A stretch of 64,000 nt of DNA from Cytophagales bacterium (GTDB taxonomy: Bacteria > Bacteroidota > Bacteroidia > Cytophagales > MED-G16): contig JAPYTU010000001.1 of NCBI GenBank assembly GCA_029940715.1, positions 1,940 through 65,939 of the forward strand, in the 5' to 3' direction. A model generated the notes under the pieces. The model did not search any database. It was not told where the DNA came from and saw only the letters and a list, made by a program, of their open reading frames with translations. The translations under genes and the position numbers were made by a program. Positions 39,478 to 48,258 of this stretch are shown one piece after another. The stretch's first letter is position 1. The number at the start of each line of letters is the position of its first letter.

Positions 39478-42237
39478 TTAATGTGCCTCTAGCCAGGTTT
39501 TTCCTACACCAAGGTCTACTGTTAAAGGTACTCGCATTATAACAACATTCTCCATTATCTTTTTAATATTAGATTGAAAATATTCTAACTCATTATTACA
39601 AACATCAAAAACCAATTCATCATGAACCTGCATTATCATTTTTGAATTAAATTCATTTTGTTTTATCCATTTTGAGATTTCTATCATTGAAAGCTTTATA
39701 ATATCTGCCGCACTTCCTTGAATCGGAGAGTTAATTGCGTTTCTTTCAGAAAAACTTCTTAGAGTAAAATTTCTAGAATCAATATCTCTTAAATATCTCC
39801 TCCTTCCTAATAAAGTTTCTACATACTTTTTTTCTCGAGCTTTAATTATAGTATTGTCTATATAATTTTTTACATCATAAAATTTATTAAAATATGCGTC
39901 TATAATTTCTTTCGCTTCAGCTCTTGAGATTTGTAAATTTTGAGATAAGCCAAACGGAGAAATACCATAAATTATTCCAAAATTAACTTCTTTAGCCTTC
40001 CTTCTCATGGTATCATCCACAGAACTCAACGAAACATTAAATACTTTAGAAGCTGTTAGTTTATGAATGTCTTGTCCTTCTTTAAAAGCTTTAATCATTT
40101 CTTTATCTTGACTAAAATCCGCCATTATTCTAAGCTCTATTTGTGAATAATCTGCAGCAAGAATAATGTTATTTTTGTTTCTAGGAACAAATGCAGATCT
40201 TGTTTTTCTTCCTAATTTTGTTTTTATAGGTATGTTTTGTAGGTTGGGTTTATTAGAGCTCAGCCTCCCTGTTACTGTTACCGCTTGTGTATAATCTGTA
40301 TGAATTAAATTGTCTTTATTAGAAACCATTTCTGGAAGAGCATCCACATATGTGGATTTTAATTTTTTATACTCTCTATATTGAAGCACTAGGTCTACAA
40401 CTGTATTTTTTTTCGATAATTTTTGTAAAACACTTTCACTTGTTGAATATTGTCCCGATTTTGTCTTTTTTGGTTTATCTTCAATTTTTAATTTTTCAAA
40501 TAAAACGTTGCCTAATTGTTTGGGCGAAGAAATATTAAAAGTTTCTCCTGTTTTATTATATATTTTTATTTCTGTTTTATTTATTTTTTGGAATAATTCT
40601 TTAGACATAATAGTTAAAAAATCTACGTCTATATTTACACCATTACTTTCCATATCAGCAAGAACAAATAACAAGGGTTGTTCAATTTTTGTCAACAACT
40701 TTTCTAATTTTAATTTAATAATTTCTTTTTCCAAAATACTTTTAAGTCTAAAAGTTACGTCTGCATCTTCACATGCATATTTATAGATATCTTTAACAGG
40801 AATATCTTTCATGTTTTTTTGATCTACCCCCTTTTTTCCAATTATATCTTCAATAGGTATTGTTTTGTGATTTAAAAAATTTTCAGAAATAGAATCTAAT
40901 TTGTGGCTGGTTTCTGGGCTTATCAAGTAATGTGCAAGCATGGTGTCAAAAATATTTTGAGATATATTAATGTTGTATTTTTTCATAATTTGAACATCAT
41001 ATTTTAAATTATGTCCTATTAAAACAACAGATTCATTTTCTAAAATTGGTTTTAAAAGACTTGTGACATTTTTTCGGTCTTTTTCATTTAATGTCGGAAT
41101 ATAAAACGCTTGTTTTTGTTTATATGAAACTGATATTCCAACCAGTTCTGCTTCCTGAATATTTAAGCTTGTTGTTTCTGTGTCAAAAGATATCTGTTTT
41201 TGTTTTTTTAGTTCCTCAACAAAAACATACATCTCAAGAGAAGACACAACAGAATAGCTAACTTTTTCAGATTCTATAGTTTCAAGATTAGTAGAAAAAA
41301 ATCCCAACTGAGATCCTAATGGTTTTTCTTCTTCTTGTTCTTGTTCTATTAAAAGGCCCATATTATAAATTCTCTTTTTAATAGTTCTAAACTCTAAATC
41401 TTCAAGTAAAGCCAAAAGCTTTTCTGTATTTGGTTTTGACAAAACCAAATCTTCAAATGTTGTGGATACAGGAATGTCTGTTTTTATTTTTGCTAATGAT
41501 TTAGATAAAATAGCAGAATCTGAGTGTTGTGTAATTCTATCACCCAAAACGCCTTTTATTTCTGCTTTGTTTTTAATTACTCCTTCAACAGAATCGTATT
41601 TAGCCAACAATATCTGCGCTGTTTTTGGTCCAACACCTGGTATCCCAGGAATATTATCTACACTATCACCCTGAAGCCCTAAAAAATCAATTACTTGATC
41701 TACTCTATTTATTTTAAATTTATTTAACACCTCTTTTTCTCCTAAAATAGCTGCCCCCCTTCCCATAAATGCTGGCTTATATAAAAAAACATTAGAAGAT
41801 ACTAATTGAGCAAAATCCTTATCTGGAGTCATCATGAAAATTTGAGTTTCTTTTTCTTTTGAGAAAATGTTTGCAAACGTTCCAATAATATCATCTGCCT
41901 CAAACCCATCTTTTTCTAAAATAGGAATATTAAAAGATTTTATTATTTTTTTTATATAAGGAATAGCAACCTGAATATCTTCTGGTTGTTTCTGTCTATT
42001 GGCTTTATACTGTTTAAACATTTTAAGCCTAAAAGTTGGTGCTTTAGTATCAAAAGCAACACCTATATGAGAAGGGGTTTCTTTTTTTATAACCTCTAGA
42101 AGGGTGTTAAGAAAACCATAAATAGCACTAGTGTTTATTCCTTTTGAGTTAATAATAGGGTTTTTACTAAAAGCAAAGTGGGCTCTATATATTAAGGCCA
42201 TAGCGTCTAAAAGAAATAATTTATTTGGTTTTATCAA
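39478..42237 (-). CDS. polA: DNA polymerase I
   Basis: 5' nuclease LFLLDAMALIYRAHFA. Pol motifs ADYSQIELRIMA, RRKAKEVNFGIIYG and QVHDELVF. A TTG start at 42237 is needed to retain the conserved LFLLD segment. Confidence 0.95.
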   Translation of the reverse strand: MIKPNKLFLLDAMALIYRAHFAFSKNPIINSKGINTSAIYGFLNTLLEVIKKETPSHIGVAFDTKAPTFRLKMFKQYKANRQKQPEDIQVAIPYIKKIIKSFNIPILEKDGFEADDIIGTFANIFSKEKETQIFMMTPDKDFAQLVSSNVFLYKPAFMGRGAAILGEKEVLNKFKINRVDQVIDFLGLQGDSVDNIPGIPGVGPKTAQILLAKYDSVEGVIKNKAEIKGVLGDRITQHSDSAILSKSLAKIKTDIPVSTTFEDLVLSKPNTEKLLALLEDLEFRTIKKRIYNMGLLIEQEQEEEKPLGSQLGFFSTNLETIESEKVSYSVVSSLEMYVFVEELKKQKQISFDTETTSLNIQEAELVGISVSYKQKQAFYIPTLNEKDRKNVTSLLKPILENESVVLIGHNLKYDVQIMKKYNINISQNIFDTMLAHYLISPETSHKLDSISENFLNHKTIPIEDIIGKKGVDQKNMKDIPVKDIYKYACEDADVTFRLKSILEKEIIKLKLEKLLTKIEQPLLFVLADMESNGVNIDVDFLTIMSKELFQKINKTEIKIYNKTGETFNISSPKQLGNVLFEKLKIEDKPKKTKSGQYSTSESVLQKLSKKNTVVDLVLQYREYKKLKSTYVDALPEMVSNKDNLIHTDYTQAVTVTGRLSSNKPNLQNIPIKTKLGRKTRSAFVPRNKNNIILAADYSQIELRIMADFSQDKEMIKAFKEGQDIHKLTASKVFNVSLSSVDDTMRRKAKEVNFGIIYGISPFGLSQNLQISRAEAKEIIDAYFNKFYDVKNYIDNTIIKAREKKYVETLLGRRRYLRDIDSRNFTLRSFSERNAINSPIQGSAADIIKLSMIEISKWIKQNEFNSKMIMQVHDELVFDVCNNELEYFQSNIKKIMENVVIMRVPLTVDLGVGKTWLEAH

Positions 42238-42298
42238 GTTGCTTTTTTTAAAATAAACAAGAAAAAATTAATCTGTATATTAGGCTTAAAATACAAAA

Positions 42299-43924
42299 AT
42301 GATTTTAAAAAAATCAACTTATTGGATAGTATTATTGTTAATTTCCTCTTTTATTAGTGTTGGTTATTATAATCAATTGTCAACGTCAGATGTAACAGCT
42401 GCTCTTAAGATTTTTAATATAGAGTTCTCTAAAAAAAATACAAAAACTTTATTGCCATACATTAAAAGAAATCAAAAAGGATACGCTAACATGAGAACCT
42501 TTGTGCTTAACAAAAATACCCAACCTGCTTTTTCTTTTAATGTACCTACAAAACACACACAATATATAAATCTACAATTTGAAGAAGACAGCTCCTCTAT
42601 AATTAAAGATGAAAAAGAAATTGCTTTTTTACCAATAAGTAAACTAGCTTATTTGATAAAAAATAAATTAATTTCTTCAGAAGAATTAACAAAAATTTAT
42701 CTTAACAGAATTAAACAATACAACAAAGATTTAAATGTAATTGTTACCCTTACTGAAAAATTAGCAATTAAACAAGCTAAAAAAGCTGATTTAGAATTAA
42801 ATAAAGGTTTGTATAGGGGGCTGTTACATGGAATTCCATATGGAATTAAAGATTTAGCTTCATTTCCTGGATATCCTACAACTTGGGGTGCCGAGCCATA
42901 TAAAAATCAACTTATTAATGAGAAAGCAGAGGTTATACGAATTCTTGAAGAAAACGGTGCTGTTATGCTTGGAAAATTATCTTCAGGAGCATTAGCTAGA
43001 GGTGACGTTTGGTTTGGAGGTAAAACAAAAAACCCATGGGATTTAAATCAAGGCTCCAGTGGGTCTTCTGCCGGTTCTGCCTCGGCAACTGCTGCTGGAC
43101 TTGTTGGTTTTTCTATTGGAACAGAAACACTTGGGTCTATTATTTCCCCGTCAACAAGATGTGGTGTAAGTGGATTAAGACCAACATACGGAAGTGTTAA
43201 CACAAATGGTTTTATGACTTTATCTTGGAGTATGGATAAAATTGGTCCTATTGCTAGAACAGCAAAAGGTTGTGCTATTGTTTTTAATGAAATACAAAAA
43301 AAAGAAGGATTAAACAAAATAAACAAACCCTTTAACAAAAATGTAAAGAATTTAAAAATTGCTTTTCTTGAGGATCTTTTCTTAAACGACACCTCAAGAT
43401 ATGCTAAAAACAACACAAAAACATTAGCTTTTATACAAAAGAAAATACCAACTTTACACCCAATATCACTTCCAAAAAATTTTCCTTTTGATGTTTTTGA
43501 TATCATATTAAGGGCTGAAGCGGGTGCTTTTTTTGATGAATTTTTGTTAACAAAAAAAGACAAAACTATGGTTGAACAAGGTGAAAAATCAAGAGCAAAC
43601 TCATTAAGACAATCCAGGCTTATTCCTGCTGTTGAATATATTCAAGCCAATAGGTTTAGAACAAAGCTTATTGAAGAAACAAACAAAATATTTAACAACT
43701 ACGACATAATAATTTCTCCAAGTTTTGGGAAAAACCAACTATTAATTACAAATTTAACTGGCCACCCAGCCATTTCTATTCCAAACGGGTTAGATGAAAA
43801 CAACAGACCAACAAGTATTACTTTTATTGCAAATTACTACCAAGAAGATGTTTTGCTTTCGTTTGTTGATTTAATTCAAAAAGAAACAAACCACCACCTA
43901 AACAAACCACCATTGTTTTATTAA
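42299..43924 (+). CDS. Amidase-signature family enzyme with N-terminal signal/anchor
   Basis: 541 aa. Hydrophobic N-terminus YWIVLLLISSFISVG. GIPYGIKD, and the Gly/Ser-rich AS motif GSSGSSAGSASATAAG. Confidence 0.8.
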   Translation: MILKKSTYWIVLLLISSFISVGYYNQLSTSDVTAALKIFNIEFSKKNTKTLLPYIKRNQKGYANMRTFVLNKNTQPAFSFNVPTKHTQYINLQFEEDSSSIIKDEKEIAFLPISKLAYLIKNKLISSEELTKIYLNRIKQYNKDLNVIVTLTEKLAIKQAKKADLELNKGLYRGLLHGIPYGIKDLASFPGYPTTWGAEPYKNQLINEKAEVIRILEENGAVMLGKLSSGALARGDVWFGGKTKNPWDLNQGSSGSSAGSASATAAGLVGFSIGTETLGSIISPSTRCGVSGLRPTYGSVNTNGFMTLSWSMDKIGPIARTAKGCAIVFNEIQKKEGLNKINKPFNKNVKNLKIAFLEDLFLNDTSRYAKNNTKTLAFIQKKIPTLHPISLPKNFPFDVFDIILRAEAGAFFDEFLLTKKDKTMVEQGEKSRANSLRQSRLIPAVEYIQANRFRTKLIEETNKIFNNYDIIISPSFGKNQLLITNLTGHPAISIPNGLDENNRPTSITFIANYYQEDVLLSFVDLIQKETNHHLNKPPLFY

Positions 43925-43938
43925 ATTCAAGTTGCGCT

Positions 43939-45084
43939 ATGAAGTGTCAAAAAGAAAAATTTATTCTAACAGGAAAAAATACATATTTAAATTGTGCTTA
44001 CATGTCACCTATGCTTAAAAAGGTTGAAAAAGCAGGAATAAAAGGATTAAAAAGAAAAAGAAAACCATATAACTTATTGCCAGAACATTTTTTTGACGAA
44101 GTTGAAACACTACAAAAAAATTTTTCGAATCTTATTAATTGTAAAGAACACAAAAGAATTGCTATTATCCCTTCTGTTTCATATGGTTTAGGAAACATAA
44201 CAAATAACACAACCATATCAAAAGGAGAAAATGTTGTTTTGGTTCAAGACCAATTTCCTAGTAATGTTTATCCGTGGTTAAGTTTAACAAAAAGAAATAA
44301 CGCAGACATTATATTTGTAGAAAGACCAAAGGGTGTTAATAATGTTGGAGAAAATTGGAATAAAAAAATAATCAAATCCATATCTAACAAAACGAAAGTG
44401 GTATCAATTGGAACAATTCACTGGGCTGACGGAACTATTTATGATCTACAAAAAATAAGAGAAAGAACAAATGAGGTTGGGGCGAAGTTTATTCTTGATG
44501 GCACACAATCTATTGGTGCTCTGCCTTTTGATGTAAACAAATTAAAACCAGATGCTCTTATTTGTGCTGGCTACAAATGGTTAATGGGCCCTTATGGTAT
44601 TGGTTTAGCTTATTATGGTTCTGCTTTCGATGATGGAATACCCATTGAAGAAAGTTGGGTAAATAGAAAAGACAGCAAGGTATTTTCGCAATTGGTTAAT
44701 TATAAAGATAGTTATGGTGATTTAGCTAAAAGATATAATGTGGGGCAACAAAGTAATTTTATTAATATCCCTATGTTAAACCAAGGTATAAAGCAACTTC
44801 ACGCGTGGGGTGTTAATAATATTCAAGAGTATTGTAAAAATATAACAAAAGAAGGGTTAAAAACAATTGATAAAAACAAGATTTGGTATGAAGAAGGTGA
44901 TTATAGAGCTTGGCATTTGTTTGGTTTATCTCCAAAAAAAAATTTAAAAAAAATATTAAAAAAAATAAGAGAAAAAAACATTCATATATCTTTAAGAGGA
45001 GAAACAATTAGAGTTTCTCCCAATGTATATAATAACAAAAGAGAACTTGACAAATTTTTTAACACAATTTCAAAAAATATTTAA
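43939..45084 (+). CDS. Class V-fold PLP-dependent enzyme (aminotransferase / desulfurase-like)
   Basis: 381 aa. FILDGTQSIGALP and AGYKWLMGPYGIG (PLP lysine). Confidence 0.7.
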   Translation: MKCQKEKFILTGKNTYLNCAYMSPMLKKVEKAGIKGLKRKRKPYNLLPEHFFDEVETLQKNFSNLINCKEHKRIAIIPSVSYGLGNITNNTTISKGENVVLVQDQFPSNVYPWLSLTKRNNADIIFVERPKGVNNVGENWNKKIIKSISNKTKVVSIGTIHWADGTIYDLQKIRERTNEVGAKFILDGTQSIGALPFDVNKLKPDALICAGYKWLMGPYGIGLAYYGSAFDDGIPIEESWVNRKDSKVFSQLVNYKDSYGDLAKRYNVGQQSNFINIPMLNQGIKQLHAWGVNNIQEYCKNITKEGLKTIDKNKIWYEEGDYRAWHLFGLSPKKNLKKILKKIREKNIHISLRGETIRVSPNVYNNKRELDKFFNTISKNI

Positions 45085-47914
45085 CCCTATTCTTCTAGGA
45101 TTGTTTCTGTTTCCCCCTTATATTCTTTGTGGGCAATTTCAAAAAATAGAAACCACACCACCAAACCTAAAGTGGCATTATAAAAAAAGCGAAAACTTTA
45201 AAGTTCTTTTCCCAAAAAATTTAGATTCTATAGCTAATTACACAATTAATTACCTAGAAAATAACATAAAAAACATAAAAATAAGTCCTGATTTTAAAAT
45301 AAGAAAAAGCCCTATAATTTTACACAACTATAACTCTATTTCAAATGGATTTGTTACCTCTGCCCCAAGAAGATCTGAACTATTTATAACAGCCACGCCG
45401 GAATCAAGTCATTTTTTACACAACAACAATTGGGTAGATCTTTTATCAACACACGAATATAGACACTTAGTTCAAAAAGAAATTGCTTTTAGAAAACCTT
45501 TTAACAAAATGATTTATGTATTATTTGGAGAACTTGCTTTCTCTAGCGTTTCTAGGGCCACAATGCCTTTATGGTATTGGGAAGGTGATGCTGTTGATAT
45601 TGAGACACGAAACTCAACCTTTGGAAGAGGAAGAATTCCTTATTTTAATCTTATTTCTAGAAACAACTTAATGGGTGGGAAAAAAATAAAACTCAACACT
45701 CAACTTCTTGGAAGTTTTAAAACAAAAACCCCCAACATATATGAAAGTGGTTATCTCATGGTTAAGTACTTAAAAGATACTTTTGGAATAGAAACGTTTA
45801 ATAAAATAGTTAACAAAGCACAATCTCAATCAATGCTGCCTTTATCTTTTTCTAGAGCCTTAAAAAAAGAAACAAACCTAAATTTTAAGTCTTTGTATTT
45901 AAAAAGCTTAAACACACTAACTGTTGCGTCAACAAAAACAACCAACGAACCAATTAACAAAAGAAAAAAAAACAACTACACAAGCTACTTATACCCTAAA
46001 GAAAGCGATGATGGTTCTGTTTTCTTTTTACAGCAAGGATTGGGAAGCTTTCAATATTTTGGAAAAATAAATAAAGATGGATCAACCAGTAACGTTTTTA
46101 TGCCTGGATTAATTAATGATCATGGTAGAATCTCTTCTACAAAAAACAAATTGGTTTGGTTAGAGTTTGACAAAGATCCTAGGTGGGACAAGCGAGTATA
46201 TTCTATAATTAAAATATTAGACATAAAAGAAAAAAAAATAATTTCTAAGTCTAAAAAAACATATTTTTCTTCTGTTGATATTTCTAAAGATGGAGAAAAA
46301 TTGGTTGCATTAAGCAACAACCCAAACGGCACACAAAGTTTGGTGTTTCTTAATGTTGAGGGGTGTATAAAAACAAATGAAATTAATCTTAAAAATGGTG
46401 TTTACTCTAATATTCGTTTCTCAGAAAAAAACACACTTATAGGAATAAAAAACAACAATGGAATAAAACATCTTTTTATTTATTCAATTAATGAAAATAA
46501 ATTTGACGCATTTTTTAAAACAAACCAAAATATTGGACAACCCACACAATATGGAAATTTAATTGCTTTTAACTCAGATGTGGATGGAGTTGATGAAATT
46601 ATATTATATAACATTAAAAGCAAAAAAACTTTTATGTTAAAAGGGGGGGTATTAGGAAACTATTATCCTTCATTTAGTGTTGATGGTGAGTTTCTTTTAT
46701 TTAATTCAATGACCCCCAAAGGTTTTAATGTTTTTAAATTAAAAATAAAAGAAAACATTAAAGAAATAAAATTTTCTAGTTTTTGTGTAAGCTGCCCTGT
46801 TGTTGATTTTAAAACAAAAGAAAAAGATAAAGCAAGTTTTCAGTACGAATCAAAAAAATTAGAAAAACCATTTACTTTAATTCGACCTATTACTTGGGGA
46901 ATTAATAATTTTAGCAGCTCTTCTAAAGGGTTAGATGATATGAGTTTTGGAGTAACATCTCAAGATGTTTTTGGGTCTCTTCAATTTAATGGTGGTTATA
47001 AATATAATTTTAGAGACAAAAAAGGAGAAAAGTTTTTTGGATTAAGCTATCAAGGTTTATATCCTATTTTTGATTTTAATCTTGCTTTAAAAAACGAAAC
47101 TTCACAAATTTCTAATAACGACAATCTATATGATGTTTTTTGGAAAGAAAAAGATATGACTTTTGGAATAAGGATACCTTTAAGTTTTACAAATAGTAAA
47201 TATTTCACAAATTTTTTAACCTCGATAGAATATTCTAACTCTAAAGTGTATGATTTTATAGCACCCACTTTTAACGGAACAGTTAATATAACAAAAGATT
47301 TTATGGGTCATTATGATATTTTTGTTTATTACTCTAGGCTTCATAAAAAAACAAAACGACAAGTGTCTTCCCCTTGGGGACAAGCCATTCTTTTTGAATC
47401 AAAAAAAACAATCTCCTCTAGCGATTTTTCTGGTAGGTATTTTAGGTCTGATATTTATTTGGATTTTCCTGGAATTAACACAACTCATTCTTTAAGAACA
47501 AAGTTTAGATATGAAAACCAAGACAATAACGACTATATGTTTCATGAAAAAATAAATTTTATACATGGTTATCAAAACGATGGTGTTTTTAAAAATTTTT
47601 ATGGATGGGGTGTTGAGTATGAATTACCTATTGTTTACCCAGATATTTCTGTTGGACCATTAATAAACATTCAACGAATACGATACACCTCTTTTATTAA
47701 CGGGGGGCAAATCAAGGGTAAAAAGAACACGTTTCCATATATATCTTTTAAAGAAAATCCTATTTCTTTCGGTGGAGAAATTACATTTGATATAAACCTT
47801 TTTAGACAAAGTGCTCTTTTTGATTTAGGATTACGTTGGTCTTATATAACAAATACTTTGAACGGTAAGAATAATTTAGTTTTTGAATTAATGCTAGGAA
47901 GTATTGGTCTTTAA
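45023..47914 (+). CDS. Large secreted protein: MA-clan HExxH peptidase-like domain + PD40 beta-propeller repeats + C-terminal beta-barrel-like domain
   Basis: 963 aa. Signal-like ILLGLFLFPPYILCG. HEYRH (nt 45452-45466) followed by WYWEGDA. PD40-like repeats (ISKDGEKLVALS, PSFSVDGEFLLFNS). The last ~340 aa show alternating beta-strand patterning. The start is either ATG 45023 or TTG 45047. Confidence 0.6.
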   Translation: MYIITKENLTNFLTQFQKIFNPILLGLFLFPPYILCGQFQKIETTPPNLKWHYKKSENFKVLFPKNLDSIANYTINYLENNIKNIKISPDFKIRKSPIILHNYNSISNGFVTSAPRRSELFITATPESSHFLHNNNWVDLLSTHEYRHLVQKEIAFRKPFNKMIYVLFGELAFSSVSRATMPLWYWEGDAVDIETRNSTFGRGRIPYFNLISRNNLMGGKKIKLNTQLLGSFKTKTPNIYESGYLMVKYLKDTFGIETFNKIVNKAQSQSMLPLSFSRALKKETNLNFKSLYLKSLNTLTVASTKTTNEPINKRKKNNYTSYLYPKESDDGSVFFLQQGLGSFQYFGKINKDGSTSNVFMPGLINDHGRISSTKNKLVWLEFDKDPRWDKRVYSIIKILDIKEKKIISKSKKTYFSSVDISKDGEKLVALSNNPNGTQSLVFLNVEGCIKTNEINLKNGVYSNIRFSEKNTLIGIKNNNGIKHLFIYSINENKFDAFFKTNQNIGQPTQYGNLIAFNSDVDGVDEIILYNIKSKKTFMLKGGVLGNYYPSFSVDGEFLLFNSMTPKGFNVFKLKIKENIKEIKFSSFCVSCPVVDFKTKEKDKASFQYESKKLEKPFTLIRPITWGINNFSSSSKGLDDMSFGVTSQDVFGSLQFNGGYKYNFRDKKGEKFFGLSYQGLYPIFDFNLALKNETSQISNNDNLYDVFWKEKDMTFGIRIPLSFTNSKYFTNFLTSIEYSNSKVYDFIAPTFNGTVNITKDFMGHYDIFVYYSRLHKKTKRQVSSPWGQAILFESKKTISSSDFSGRYFRSDIYLDFPGINTTHSLRTKFRYENQDNNDYMFHEKINFIHGYQNDGVFKNFYGWGVEYELPIVYPDISVGPLINIQRIRYTSFINGGQIKGKKNTFPYISFKENPISFGGEITFDINLFRQSALFDLGLRWSYITNTLNGKNNLVFELMLGSIGL

Positions 47915-47945
47915 TGATTAAATTTTTATTTTCGAAAAAAAAACT

Positions 47946-48071
47946 ATGTTCCCTACTAACCCCGCAATAACAGATGGTGTTGAATTGTTTGTTTGGATTG
48001 TTGTAATTTTAATAGGTCTTGCTGGCGCGCTCTCTTTTATAGATTACAGAAAAATCAAAAAAAACGACTAA
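47946..48071 (+). CDS. Putative 41-aa single-pass membrane peptide (not in the ORF track)
   Basis: MFPTNPAITDGVELFVWIVVILIGLAGALSFIDYRKIKKND: one clean TM helix with a positively charged tail. Local GC rise (GGTCTTGCTGGCGCGCTC). It lies in an otherwise anomalous 344-bp convergent spacer. Confidence 0.35.
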   Translation: MFPTNPAITDGVELFVWIVVILIGLAGALSFIDYRKIKKND

Positions 48072-48175
48072 ATTTCAGAGTCTTTTTGATGATTGCTTAC
48101 TTTGTTGTTTGGTATAAAAAATGAACTTAAAATTGCCGAAACAAACAAAACAAGTATTAAGATTAACACTTCCAT
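48068..48175 (-). CDS. Putative 35-aa single-pass membrane peptide (not in the ORF track)
   Basis: MEVLILILVLFVSAILSSFFIPNNKVSNHQKDSEI. A TATATTTG -7 box lies 16 nt upstream. Its stop overlaps the stop of the opposing mini-ORF in CTAA. Confidence 0.3.
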   Translation of the reverse strand: MEVLILILVLFVSAILSSFFIPNNKVSNHQKDSEI

Positions 48176-48191
48176 ATAAATAAAATTTCTA

Positions 48192-48199
48192 CAAATATA
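48192..48199 (-). promoter_or_regulatory. Candidate -7 promoter box TATATTTG for the minus-strand mini-ORF
   Basis: The plus strand reads CAAATATA, so the minus strand reads TATATTTG, an exact TAnnTTTG match. Confidence 0.3.
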
Positions 48200-48258
48200 C
48201 TGTTGTAGCTTTATTATTTAATGTTGCGTTAAAGTTTTTTGCTTTTTAATTTCAAAAA

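Noticed and set aside
43048-43563. 171-codon ORF antisense to the amidase gene
   Set aside because: It has the same antisense frame relationship as the radA case (checked by coordinates modulo 3). It lies opposite the Gly/Ser/Ala-rich amidase signature region. This is a shadow ORF.
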